Assembly (NCBI GenBank): GCA_002269645.1
Contig: NIVC01001704.1
Coordinates: forward strand, 62,001-126,000
DNA from: Macrostomum lignano
Taxonomy: Eukaryota
Direction: 5' to 3'
DNA length: 64,000 nucleotides
Part shown: positions 36,502 through 49,914 of the stretch, piece by piece
Position numbering within the stretch: position 1 is the stretch's first letter
Layout of the letters: each line of letters opens with the position of its first letter
Notes under the pieces: generated by a model
What the model saw: only the letters and a program-made list of their open reading frames with translations
Database searches by the model: none
What the model was told of the DNA's origin: nothing
Program-made: the position numbers and the translations under genes

Positions 36502-38129
36502 TTGCTCTTTATTTTACTTATTAGATGACGAGGCATTGTCTTTAATCTTAAAGTTAATAGTTGCTCTAGCCGTTTACCATTTTCTAGTTATTTAGCCTAT
36601 AGCATCTTATTCAACTGACTGCTGACTAATGAATGACAGCCAGTGCTAAAGTGCATTTTAATACGGGCAAAACGAGTGACGCTCAAACTCGCCCAGAGGG
36701 GTGCTCGCTTTTATTGTTCCACTTGTTGCCTGCCAGTCTTTCTTTTTTCAAAACGGCCGCGTTCATTATTAACATGCAGCAGAACTCTTGTACGAGTTGG
36801 AGTGGGAATGACTGTGCAAAAGCTCTCTTAGTTTATTAGCATCAGCCAAGCCAGCCAGTTTGCTAAAGGCGCGGTCGTCGCGTCGCGCCTCACGCCACCG
36901 CCCGCCACGCGGCTTGGAGAGAGCGGTGGAGAGAGCCAGCCAAGCCTAACATTCAGCTGAACTGAACTGGGCCAGTGCGCGTGGGTGGGGCGGGAGTACC
37001 GGAGTTCGCGAAACGCCCGCTCCGCTTGCCGGCCAGACAGTGTGGTCCCACCAGAGTGCGCAAGCAGTGTACTTAGGCTGGGGCGGGTGTGTCACGTGAA
37101 CGGCCTTGAGTCTCGCCACTGGGGGGCCGCGCCTCAGTCTCCTCGATACTTACTGCAATACTGCTTGAAGCCTTCATTGGGTGTGGCCGTCTGCCGGCCT
37201 TGGCTTCCCTCTTGTCCGCCGTGTTTTCTGCCTCTTTGTCCTCCTCTTAGCTATGCAGACTGGCTGACTGACAGCCGCTTGCTGGGTCATGTGATGCGGA
37301 GTTTCTGTTTTTTTCCTAACTAAGAGTGCATCTGCCATTGCATTGCAGAAAACTCCGCTGACCGCGTGCGAGATTGACGCCGAGCATGGCTCCAACCCGA
37401 TTGGCAACAGTCGCGACCGGTTCTGACTGCTTTGAGAGGCTCGCAACTGAAGGCGCTGGATGGCCGAGTTATCCCGATGTGTTTTCTGTAGTGACTTTAG
37501 TACGAACCTCGCTTGCGAGGCCAGCTCAGTAGTTAGTGTTGTCGCGCCCTTTCCGCCACCTGTTTTTGCCATTTTTGCTCCTATTATTTTTGAGCGAACT
37601 GATTGACATGCAGCAAACAATTTAGCACCTGTGCGGCACTAATCAATCAATCCAATAGGCATGTAGCGTCTTATCTACCTTTCTAGGCTTTCTATTGTTT
37701 TCCAATCTAAATATTCCGGAGAATTCCGGGAATTCTTTGCTGTTGTGAAGTGCACCTGTATAATATTTTACCTGAGTTTGGTAAAATACCTCAGTTTTTT
37801 TCCTTTTGTTCGATTTAGCAATTGCAACTTTTGTTTTTGCCATTTCTTTAATTAAATACAAAATATGATCAATCGGTTTTCGTTTAATAAATTGTTTTTG
37901 CTTGTTAGATTTCGCACTGTTCGAATTTGCAGAACTATAAATTTCCTATTCATCTCCCTTATTTGTTTCGAATTGGAGCTATCGAATTCAAATCTCAAAT
38001 TTGCGTAGAGTAACTATAAAGATAAACAATTTTGAATTGAAACCTGTTATTGAAATGTAAGAAAACTACATGTACTGTCTGTGATCGGAGGCTCGAAGAC
38101 TTTCAAGCACAAAATCCTCTGCTGTCATC

Positions 38130-40215
38130 TATCAATCACAGATAATCATGTAACAATCACGAGAGGATCGTCTATCAACCACACAGAAAATCTTCTATCA
38201 ACCACACAGAATCATCTATCAATCACAGAATTATCTATCAATCACAGAGAATCATCTAGCAACCACAGAGAATCATCTATCAATCACAGAGAATCATCTA
38301 TCAATCACAGAGAATCATCTATCAATCACAGAGAATCATCTATCAACCACAGAATCATCTATCAATCACAGAATATCTATCAAGTACAGAGAATCATCTA
38401 GCAACCACACAGAATCATCTATCAATCACAGAATATCTATCAATCACAGAATATCTATCAATCACAGAGAATCATCTATCAACCACACAGAAACATCTAT
38501 CAACCACACAGAATCATCTATCAACCACAGAATCATCTATCAATCACAGAAAATCTATCAATCACAGAGAATCATCTAGCAACCACACAGAATCATCTAT
38601 CAATCACAGAATATCTATCAATCACAGAATATCTATCAAGCACAGAGAATCATCTAGCAACCACACAGAATCATCTATCAATCACAGAGAATCATCTATC
38701 AATCACAGAGAATCATCTATCAACCACACAGAATCATCTATCAACCACACAGAATCATCTATCAACCACAGAATCATCTATCAATCACAGAATATCTATC
38801 AAGCACAGAGAATCATCTAGCAACCACACAGAATCATCTATCAATCACAGAGAATCATCTATCAATCACAGAGAATCATCTATCAATCACAGAGAATCAT
38901 CTATCAACCACACAGAATCATCTATCAATCACAGAATTATCTATCAATCACAGAGAATCATCTAGCAACCACACAGAATCATCTATCAACCACAGAGAAT
39001 CATCTATCAATCACAGAGAATCATCTATCAACCACACAGAATCATCTATCAACCACACAGAATCATCTATCAACCACAGAATCATCTATCAATCACAGAA
39101 TATCTATCAAGCACACAGAATCATCTATCAATCACAGAGAATCATCTATCAATCACACAGAATCATCTATCAAGCACACAGAATCATCTATCAATCACAG
39201 AGAATCATCTATCAAGCACACAGAATCATCTATCAATCACACAGAATCATCTATCAAGCACACAGAATCATCTATCAATCACAGAATATCTATCAAGCAC
39301 ACAGAATCATCTATCAATCACAGAATATCTATCAAGCACACAGAATCATCTATCAATCACAGAGAATCATCTATCAATCACAGAGAATCATCTATCAACC
39401 ACACAGAATCATCTATCAACCACACAGAATCATCTATCAACCACAGAATCATCTATCAATCACAGAATATCTATCAAGCACAGAGAATCATCTGTCAAGC
39501 ACACAGAGAATCATGTGTCAATCGCAGAGTATCATCTATCAATCACAGAGAATCATCTATCAATCACAGAGAATCATCTATCAATCACAGAGAATCATCT
39601 ATCAATCACAGAGAATCATCTATCAATCACAGAGAATCATCTAGCAACCACACAGAATCATCTATCAACCACACAGAATCATCTATCAACCACAGAATCA
39701 TCTATCAATCACAGAATATCTATCAAGCACAGAGAATCATCTAGCAACCACACAGAATCATCTATCAATCACAGAGAATCATCTATCAATCACAGAGAAT
39801 CATCTATTAATCACAGAAAATCATCTGTCAAGCACAGAGAATCATGTGTCAATCGCAGAGTATCATCTATCAATCACAGAGAATCATCTATCAATCACAG
39901 AGATCTATCAATCACAGAGAATCATCTATCAATCACAGAGAATTATCTGTCAACCACACGGACAATAATTTGTCAACCACACAGAGAATCATCTATCAAT
40001 CACAGAATCGCACCACAGAGAATCACAGAAAATCACAGAGAATCATCTATCAATCACAGAATCGCACCACAGAGAATCACAGAAAATCACAGAGAATCAT
40101 CTATCAATCACAGAGAATCATCTATTAACAACTGAGAATCATCTGTCAATCACAGAGTCATCCATCAATCACAGAGAATCATCTATCAATCACAGAGAAT
40201 CATCCGTCAATCGCA
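38130..40215. repeat. ~2.1-kb 18-20-bp minisatellite (ATCACAGAGAATCATCTATCA-like)
   Basis: About 100 variant units. Confidence 0.97.
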
Positions 40216-41598
40216 AAAGAGAATCACAATGCTTTAATTCGGTCATTTCGGCCTAGTGAAAACAAAAAGCAACCAAAAATAAATTTATATTTATATATTA
40301 TTTGCGCACAATTTAAAAATGGGGATGCAAGGCGGATAAAAATGTCGAAATATCGACTTGCCCATGAATTGTGATAAAAACTGCTTTCCTTATACTCAGA
40401 TTATACAGATCCATGGCTTCTGCAAAAAAGGGACGTTATAGATGGATAGAAACTTCAGATAAAAGTGAAGAGTTCGCTTTAGCACACTAGAGAGAGAGAG
40501 GGGGGAAAGGAGAGAGAAAGAGAAGAGAGAGCTGAGAGAGAATTAGGTCTAGTGTCTAAACGCTCGAACTCCCACTTCCAGACCTTAAGCCTGGGAACAG
40601 AATAAAGTGTTTACTTACGGCGGTGGGCTCCTCTTCTGTGTCGGGCAGGTTCTCCGATCTCGTTCCTTGTATCTTCTTTGTTGTGCACGTTTGTTGAGTT
40701 CGCTTCTTCAAATCTTCTTCTTCTCCGGAGGAATCTTCTTGAAGTCTAGAATCGGCCGAATGAGAGCGTGACAATCAGATCAGGCGACGTCGCAGTATTT
40801 CTCGAATGCAAAAATCAATATAGGCCTTAAGCTCAGTAATCAATATCAACGATGCGCCCTTATAACACAATCAACTTTCTGTAATAATCACGAGGTCCTC
40901 CAAGAAGGGCGTCTTCTTCTAGCAATAACGGAATCGGAGTCGTGTACTCCTATCGGTTAATCTAGGATAACCAAATCAATCACTCGATAATCCTCTAAGG
41001 GTATCGGAATCGGTCCGCAGATCCTATCCAATCCCTTAGGAAAAGGGAGGCCTCAAATTCAATGAACTCAGTTAAATCAACGGATCAATAACGGCCGGCA
41101 ATAAAATCGCTCTCAAAATCAATTCAATAACAAAGGCTCGAACAAGAGCTCACCAATTGGTTTACTTCTTCCTCAGAGATGTAGCCTCGAGTAGCTTCTG
41201 CAGTATGCTCAAGATGTTTTGAGGCTGCTCCGAGTCTGAGATTTTTAGCTCGGATTTTGGCTTGTATTTATAGAAAAACTTCTTGAAAAACAGATTATTT
41301 TTAGTAGGTGACAGTATAGCTTTTTGGAAATTTGACCCCTATAGAATACATTAGGTTTGAACCTCAATACCATATTCAGAGTTCTAAATTTAAATGTTGC
41401 AAAAGATGGTCATTTGTTGCTTTCGTGGTCTTAAAAATAGAGTGTGACAATTTGCAGTTTTTAGCTTTTGAGTTTTCACGTTTTTACGTTACTACTTATA
41501 GTAACTTACTTTGTACCGTATTTGGAGATCTCTACAAAAGTACTCATGGATCCTAACTAGCTTTTAAAAGTAAAACGCTTCACTAATTAAGACACGAA

Positions 41599-41865
41599 TA
41601 GGGGTCGCCATCACAAACCCGAAATATCATAATTCCACTGTCTCCACAAAGCAAAACAGTGTTGGACATTGCTAGAAATTTCGGAGTTATGATATTTTGG
41701 GTTTGTGATTTTTCGGGTTTATGATGTGCGTTGCTATCAATTCGGAGTTGTGATTTTTCGGTTTATGATATTTCGGGTTTGTGATATTTCATATTTCGGG
41801 TTTATGATATTTCGGGTTTATGATATTTCGGGTTTATGATATTTCGGGTTTGTGAAGCCCCCCCA
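41599..41865. mobile_element. Small MITE-like element with inverted ends (TCACAAACCCGAAATATCATAA) and internal 16-bp GGGTTTATGATATTTC repeats
   Basis: Left end at 41611-41633 is the reverse complement of the right-end repeats; G-run/C-run termini. Confidence 0.6.
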
Positions 41866-42804
41866 CGAAGAGGAGCGAATCAATTTCACAAATCACATGT
41901 TAGTTGCGATTGTTTTAGGAGTTCAAACCATGCGCAATACAGTTTACTTATAGTAGAGTAATCAAGAAAACTCTTTCAGTTTCCTTGTTTTCATTCGCTT
42001 ATTTTAAGAAAAATTAAACTCACCTCACCAGCATAGATTCCCTGAGAATTTTCACAGAGAAAAACATACAGGGTTCGGTCTGTTATGATGAGGCTCGTAT
42101 TGCAAAACATGGTATTATTTTACATTGCAAACATTCTACATTTTCACATTAGATTGATAAACTGCTATGTATCACTCACAGATCAATTTTCAGAATTAAA
42201 TTTGCTGATTAAAACTTAGCTATCTCGGAATATCTCCTAATGATTAATTTGCTGATAATTATCTTTTCGTTACCACTAATTGTGGCTTGAGAGTCCAGCA
42301 TTTTTTCGCTCGTATAGTAATTTATACATTTTATTTTTATTCCTATTTATTCGAATTCGACAAACTAATCGAATGGAAAGCAATGAATAGATTGCCTTTT
42401 TTGCAAAAAGGAAGTCATTGAAGTCCTGGTTCTAATTCTGCGGATACAGCCCATGACATGACCCAATAAAGTAAATTCGAATACGGATTTAATTCGTTCC
42501 AAACAAGTTTAGGCTTGGAATTTCCGTTTAGCGCTGTCGTTTTTCGTTCACTTTATTGCTTGCTTCTGCCTGTTTCTCTTACTCTGCCGTCTGGCGCCTC
42601 TGCGGCATGTAAAATTGTAAATAAAAATATCAGTCAGGCCTTATTTTTCAGTTTATTTTAATCGGGGCTTGAACTCTATGTGAATATATCATATAACATT
42701 TCTTATCTTTAAAAATAAGACAAAAAACTATAGCCTAAACTTAAAGCATTGACCAAAGGCTCAATAAAACATTTTTCTTCTTACTGAGACGGCGGCGCGA
42801 GAAG

Positions 42805-43403
42805 CCCTATTGGTTTGGACCGGGCCGGGCCGGGGGACCAAAAAGCCCTTTCTCTGCGCTGGCTACCTAATAGCATGATGACTCATCGCTTCTATCCCTA
42901 ACCAGAGAAAGAAAGGCCAAGGTTTTGAATGTACATTCAAATGAACATCCCCACTTATCGGCAGAGTGGAAGCCCGCGCGACTCTGTCCAAATTTAGAAA
43001 TGAGCTTGAAGGGTCGAAAATAGCACGATAAAAAGACCATGCCTCTGCCCCACACATCTCTTACACTACACTCCTCCCCCCACACCACTGAACGCCACAC
43101 AGCACTCCAATCGATATTGGCATGGCAGCGAGGGACAGCACAAGACTCTTACCCCTCCGTGCGCGCGCAAATAGCCGGGCGGCCTTTCTAATTCTAGCGC
43201 ATTGCCTCATTCCCCGCGAAAGGGTTAAAAATAGCCTACACAACCACCCCCCACAGTCTGACTAACCTATATAGCCTCTGCCCGCGTGGGCCCGCGCCGA
43301 TGAGTCATTCCGCTTTGCTAGTGCTTCTAGGTTGGGCCTCGCTTTCTCTAGCATTTTGCCTTCGAATAGCGAGCGATTACACTGTTTTTTATACACTGAC
43401 TCA
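42805..43403 (+). promoter_or_regulatory. Jun promoter/5'UTR: CCAAT, GC-rich boxes, AP-1 x3, MEF2, TATA
   Basis: ATTGG ~42809; ATGACTCAT 42878-42886; TTAAAAATAG 43225-43234; TATATA 43268-43273; ATGAGTCAT 43300-43308; TGACTCA 43397-43403. Confidence 0.7.
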
Positions 43404-43432
43404 GTGTGCTTGCCGTGAAATATTCTTTTAGC

Positions 43433-44583
43433 ATGTCTTCGGTGCAGGCCAAGCCAGCAGTGGCGCAGAGTTCCGCTACAATCACTGTCTCAACGGCGGG
43501 CGGCTCCGCCACAGCCAGCCTCCGAAATTTGAAGGGCTCAATGACCCTGCCACTGCAGTCTTCCGTAAACGTTGGCAACAGCATAGCCCACATCCGGGGC
43601 TTAACTCCCTTGGCGCAGCTGAACTCGCCCGATTTAAAAAATTTGACCTCAACTGGAGTGACGCCGTTTCTCACGTCGCCCGACTTCGACAAGCTGGTCA
43701 GCCAAAGCCTCGGCATAACGCCGACCTCGGCCAGCGGAAATGCGCCTCAGACGCCGACAACTTTCCTTAATCCGAAGTTCGTGACGGAAGAGCAAGAGCG
43801 TTTTGTGATGTAAGCGAATTTTGCCGTCTTGAATTTGTACTGATTTTTTATTAAAGTTAAAATGCGCTCGTAGAAAGAATTTGATTCATTTCCTATCATT
43901 CTCGACCTCATTCGGTTTCAATTCGCAGGAACTTCGATGAGAAGATCAAAAGCATGATCAAGAAGGAGCGCGAAGGTGACGACGAAAACCAGCTGAACAC
44001 GCCAGTCATCATGGACATCTCCGGGCCCGGCTATGTCATATCCTCGGTGGCGACCTCGATGGACACATCCGGCCAAGCTGTTGTCACCGTTGGCCAGCAG
44101 ACAGCATCGATGTTCTCCGCCGCTGCCGCTCCGATTCCGACCTCCATCGTCACCGTGTCCTCAGCCCTGTCTCGCCCTCAGCTGCCGCCACCTCAGCCGG
44201 CCTCCATTGCTGCGTCCACAATAGCCGGTGGCAGCTACACCACCGAGGACGACAGCGGCGAGGAGCCGATGGACGATGTTGTCAGCAGCGTCGGCTCGAC
44301 GTCCAGACGGCTCGGCCTGGGCGACCAGGAGCAGCTGAAGCTCGAGCGGAAGCGTCAGCGAAACCGCGATGCGGCCAGGAAATGCCGCGAGCGCAAACTC
44401 GAACGAATCAGATTCCTCGAGGAGCGAGTCGCCGAGCTCAAGTCGCAGAATAGCCGGCTGCAGCGGACCGCCGTTGACCTACGCGAGCAGGTGAAAACCC
44501 TGCAGCACGTGATCGTGGAGCACACGAAGCGCGGCTGCAGCCTGAAGGACTCGCTGGGCTCCAAGCTGGGCGGGCTGGCTTAA
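43433..44583 (+). CDS. JUN: Jun (AP-1) bZIP transcription factor, 343 aa, exons 43433-43809 and 43929-44583
   Basis: Docking motif LKGSMTLPL (cf. LKQSMTLNL); LNSPDL and LTSPDF phosphosites; [18 protein letters not shown]|VMNF across a phase-2 GT-AG intron; b[38 protein letters not shown]. Confidence 0.95.
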
Positions 44584-45359
44584 GCGCCGCCCCTGAGTCC
44601 ACCTGACTGCTTGCTGCATTTGGAATCCCCAATTCGCCACCCTCTGCTCCGCCCCAGTGGATGCAGTCATACAGATGCGGAGATTCTGAGCAAACTCCCA
44701 TTTAGAGCTCTGCGCGCCACATCCAGCCACCCCATTTTGATGCTGTACAGTGCAACCTGCTTATATACAAAGTTATTAAAACTTCTTGAGCCTCTCAAAC
44801 TGATCCTGCGGCTTTGATCTGTAATTAAGCTGCATCCAATACCGTCTATTTCAATACCTTAGCTGTGAGCACATGGAATGTGTTCGTATCAAAGGCATTG
44901 CAGATGGTTGCTATGCAGTAAAACAGAGTCAACAAGCCGCTCATATTCTTGGCCACGAATCCTCCACTGAGCTGAACCTGCTTCCAAAGTCCTGTTTTAT
45001 TGCTTTCCGGTTTGTCAATTTCTGATTTCGTTGATATTTAATTAACTAATCCCATATTCGCGCCCGTGCATTGGTTGGTACTCTCGCTATGATGCTTGCG
45101 TGACAGCATTCATAATTCAAGTTCTAGTTCATCGATCAAAATTGAAAATGCACCGTTTGTTAAAATTATCTCCGTCTGTGGACTCTGTACCATAACCATT
45201 CTCATGATGTCTATAATATAGCATTATTAATGCGCTTTCCTGCCAGTTGCGCTTTGTAGTTGTTTAAGAGAATTGAAATCCATGTCTTTGCTTAGTTTAT
45301 TCTTTAATCCGTAAATAACTGATCAAATTCGAAGACAAAGTGCCACTTTCGAGGTGTCA

Positions 45360-46470
45360 GTTCCAATTCTGAGATGTTAGCGCCAATTCTGAGATGAGAT
45401 GTTAGCGCCAATTCTGATATGAGACGTTAGCGCCAATTCTGAGATGAGATGTTAGCGCCAATTCTGATATGAGACGTTAGCGCCAATTCTGAGATGAGAT
45501 GTTAGCGCCAATTCTGATATGAGACGTTAGCGCCAAATTTGAGATGAGATGTTAGCGCCAATTTGTTGAGACGTTAGCGCCAATTCTGAGATGAGATGTT
45601 AGCGCCAATTCTGAGACGTTAGCGCCAATTCTGAGATGAGATGTTAGCGCCAATTCTGAGACGTTAGCGCCAATTCTGAGATGAGATGTTAGCGCCAATT
45701 CTGAGATGAGATGTTAGCGCCAATTCTGAGCTGAGATGTTAGCGCCAATTCTGAGATGAGATGTTAGCGCCAATTCTGAGCTGAGATGTTAGCGCCAATT
45801 CTGAGATGAGATGTTAGCGCCAATTCTGAGACGTTAGCGCCAATTCTGAGATGAGATGTTAGCGCCAATTCTGAGATGAGATGTTAGCGCCAATTCTGAG
45901 ATGAGATGTTAGCGCCAATTCTGAGATGAGATGTTAGCGCCAATTCTGAGATGAGATGTTAGCGCCAATTCTGAGATGAGATGTTAGCGCCAATTCTGAG
46001 ATGAGATGTTAGCGCCAATTCTGAGATGAGATGTTAGCGCCAATTCTGAGACGTTAGCGCCAATTCTGAGATGAGATGTTAGCGCCAATTCTGAGCTGAG
46101 ATGTTAGCGCCAATTCTGAGATGAGATGTTAGCGCCAATTTTGAGATGAGATGTTAGCGCCAATTTTGAGACGTTAGCGCCAATCTGAGATGAGATGTTA
46201 GCGCCAATTTTGAGATGTTAGCGCCAATTTTGAGATGTTAGCGCCAATTTTGAGATGAGATGTGTAGCGCCAATTTTGAGACGTTAGCGCCAAGTCTGAG
46301 AGGAGATGTTAGCGCCAATTTTGAGACGTTAGCGCCAATTTTGAGATGTTAGCGCCAATTTTGAGATGTTAGCGCCAATTTTGAGATGAGATGTTAGCGC
46401 CAATTTCTGAGAGGAGATGTTAGCACCAATTTTGAGACGTTAGCGCCAATCTAAGATGAGACGTTAGCGC
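45360..46470. repeat. 20/25-bp minisatellite ([GAGAT]GAGATGTTAGCGCCAATTCT)
   Basis: About 48 units. Confidence 0.97.
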
Positions 46471-47814
46471 CAATTCTGCGATGTTAGCGCTACGTGCTGC
46501 CGCAGGCGAGCTTTCTACCAAAGGAACATGAGCTCCATTTTCACCAGGAAATAGCTGACCTTCTGCCCCTTGTGTAAATCTCAATGACCTGTACCCTCCC
46601 TGATCACCTGCGGCATGGGAAGTTTTCCAACAGATGTAAGACAGTTTCAATTGAAAATGCGAGGCCGTACATGTGGGACGCACATGTAAAATTAATTGCA
46701 CATGCATAGATTTTTGGAAAACTGACAATTAATCGAACATCTTTATTAACGAATTACAGTATTTTGGCTTTGCAAATCAGTACATGTATTTTTGCAGATT
46801 TTCTATTTCCTTCTGTTTTTGGATAAACTTTATAGACAGATCCCAAGCTTAAAAAAATTAACCTTTATTATCCCCATATTAAACTGGCCAAACAATTTAA
46901 TTAAAGACCTTATTTTAAAGGTAAGCGACAATTTTTTGACTCACCGTTCTTAGAAATAACGAAACATTTGTTAATGTAATGCCAAGTTTTATTTGTACCA
47001 TTAGATCCATGCTACTTATAGTACAATAAAACATTTCAATTTACTTAAAAATTCGCACCAAAATGAAAAAATATATGGCTCCACATTAGCATATTGTTTG
47101 CTTTGAAATAAATTAACGAACAGTAAAGTACGATTTCAGCGAATTCGACACCGATTTTTTAGAAATTGATACATTATGTACATATGTATGATGCAAATTA
47201 ATCTTACAGCTGTACACGCCGTGTACATGTACATGTAAGGTATAAATATACAGAGACTACATGTATAACTTTAATTTTTGTGCACATCTGATTGAACATC
47301 TTTAAAGAACTAGGATGACAAAATGAGCAGCAGTGCATGGTTTCTATTACTTAGAAGTGATTTCCCTTCGATCAGGACAATCGCACAACCTCTTGACATT
47401 AGATTGTAACTATCCAAAAGAACTTTGTAAATACAGTGTATTAGCGTCTGCCGTCTAACAACGATATATTTTTGCAGATCAATAGCAACAAACTATTCAA
47501 TAACTTTAGGATTCCTTTTATTTTATGATTACATTGTGCAATATCTTTACAAAATTAGAAAAGGCCTTATACTCTACGTCACCTTTATGAATTTGGTTTG
47601 TTAAATTGCAAATGCAGCGGGGCGTTGCCACCGGCTGCGGGGACTGGGGGGACATGTCCCGGCCCCCAGTAAAAGCTGAGAGAGGAACATGCAAATGATT
47701 TCTCCCCCCCCCCACCCAACCAATTGTGACCCGTTATGGAAATTGCAATAATTTAATTGCTTCAGGGCGACAAAATGTAAGCAAATTAATGATCAGCTTC
47801 TGAGAAAAAATGGG

Positions 47815-48050
47815 GAACGGAAGTTTGCTTGCGGAAGTGCGCTTGCCTAAGTTTGCTTGCAGGAAAAAATGGTTGCCGAAGTTTGCTTGTCGAAGTTTGC
47901 TCGTAGCACTTTGACTTTGCTTTAGTCATGCAATTTGCTGGCTGAACTTTGCTTGCCGACGTTTGCTTGCTGAATTTTTCTTGACGAATTTTTCTTGACA
48001 AAGTTTGCTTGATGAATTTTTCTTGATGGAGTTTGCTTCGCTTCGCCTTG
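47815..48050. repeat. AAGTTTGCTTG short-repeat cluster (DNA-transposon subterminal-like)
   Basis: About 10 dispersed copies of AAGTTTGCTTG / AATTTTTCTTGA. Confidence 0.6.
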
Positions 48051-48060
48051 CTTCGGCTTC

Positions 48061-48103
48061 GGGGGCCGGATCTGGCCCTAGGGCCGGAGGTTGCCGACCC
48101 CTA
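48061..48103 (-). mobile_element. hAT/Charlie-type terminal sequence (single end)
   Basis: Reverse complement reads TAGGGGTCGGCAACCTCCGGCCCTAGGGCCAGATCCGGCCC, resembling Charlie termini CAGGGGTCGGCAACC..CGGCCC..GGGCC; partner end not found. Confidence 0.6.
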
Positions 48104-49018
48104 AGTTAAGGGTGTATTTTTACGCAAAAATATTAAACATGTATTTTACAATGTTAGCTTTTAAAATTGTCGTTGTTTATTTTTTATTAACAATGCTTTG
48201 CGTGGATACTCACAAGTATTAATATTATACATAAAAAATATGCACTTTGTGTTTTTCTACACTAAAGTTTAAACCACATTTAAAAAATATTTTTCTATGA
48301 TTTTTTGTTTCGCGAACGTATCTCAAAGAATTATTCATTGAAAAGGATTTTAGGTTTGAGATCTCTTCTATATAATATTAGATAGATAAAATTTATTTTA
48401 ATATCCATTTTAATTAGATCCAAATATAGGTTATAGCTTATTAAAAAATTCTGTCAAAAACTGAACTCCTAGATTGGGCATGGGCGGGCCGTGGGGTTGT
48501 TTTGTTTATGTTTTACTTGCCAACAAACAGTTGAACTGAAAACATATTTACATATTTGTCATAAGTGCTAGAATAAATTTCTATATGAGGTTGATATTAG
48601 TAAAACCCTGTAGTGAAAATCGTTCTAAACATACACTGTAATATAAAGTTAACTTTATGACAAATAGGATATGCTACTTAATATTACTAATACTAAAGAC
48701 ATATCACATAGGGCCTAACTTACTGTCATACTGAGTAAGAATATCATATGGCAACTGGATGTTTTGATGAATTATTTTGTTTTATAGCATATCATTAAAA
48801 ATGGATGTTTAGCTGAAGGTTAGGTTTTGTTTAAAAGAATAACAAAGAAAAAGTTTAGAAGACAAAAATAAGTGCTGTTAGAGTGAAAAATTGTGCTATC
48901 TCTAGGCCCCTAGGGTTTTTAGATAGGTCCTATGTTGTTAATTGTTAACATGATGAATCTTTAAAGAGTTACCTTTTATTTAATACCAAAATATTCTATT
49001 TAGTTTTATTAATAATTT

Positions 49019-49487
49019 GGCAGTGCTTATTCCCACAGTACCGTAGGAATAATTTCTGTCTTATTCCAACGGTACTGTGGGAATAATTTTCTGCTTATCC
49101 ACACAGCACACTGACGAGATAGCTGCCATATCTTCTATATATATATGCTGTATGTGAATAGTTTATAGCTTTTTGAAAGGGAATTTGAATTAAGGATACT
49201 AAGAAGCTGTTGATCTAGATCAATACCACAACCAACATTTTTTTGCATAAAAAAGCCATTAAATCTTTACTTCTATTAAACAAATTGTCAAGCAAAGTTA
49301 TATTGTTAGGCCTATTATTAGTACTTAAACTGTAAGTACTAAACTAAAGTATTCCCACAGCATATATGTAGAAGATGGGCCAGCTATCTTGTCAGTATGC
49401 CATGCAGATAAGCAGAAAATTATTCCCACGGTACCATTGGAATAAGATAGAAATTATTCTTATGGTACCATGAGAATAAGCACTGCC
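49019..49487. mobile_element. Mutator-like (MULE) MITE, 469 bp, ~130-bp TIRs, 9-bp TSD
   Basis: TIRs begin GGCAGTGCTTATTC; TAATAATTT flanks both sides (49010-49018, 49488-49496); arm differences mostly C/T and G/A transitions. Confidence 0.88.
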
Positions 49488-49619
49488 TAATAATTTAGTA
49501 TAGACCTTTTTTAAAAAAATTGCAAATAAGCATTGGCAACCCACACTTTGGATTATGCAATATAGGGATCAGCAGACTTCTTACCTTAGGGGCTAAATAA
49601 AGAACCTAGTGCATGACTG

Positions 49620-49890
49620 CAGACCAGAGGAAAAAATAAAGGAAAGGAAATTAAGAAGAGAAATAAGAGAGAGAGGGTGAAAATAAAGGAGACAAAAAAG
49701 GAGATAAAATAGGAAAGAAAAAAAGGAGAGGAGAAAAAAGAGAAAGGAGACAATAAAAAGATAAGAAATGATATAAAGGAGAAAAGGAAAGAAAGAAAAG
49801 AAGAAAGGTATAAAAAAGAGAAAAGAAAGGAAATAAAAAAGGAAGAGTAGAGAAAGGTAATAGAAGAGAGCTGAGAAAAGACACAAACCT
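49620..49890. repeat. Polypurine (A/G) low-complexity tract
   Basis: About 270 bp almost exclusively A/G on the + strand. Confidence 0.85.
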
Positions 49891-49914
49891 TGAGCTCATA
49901 GTCTAGATCATGCT

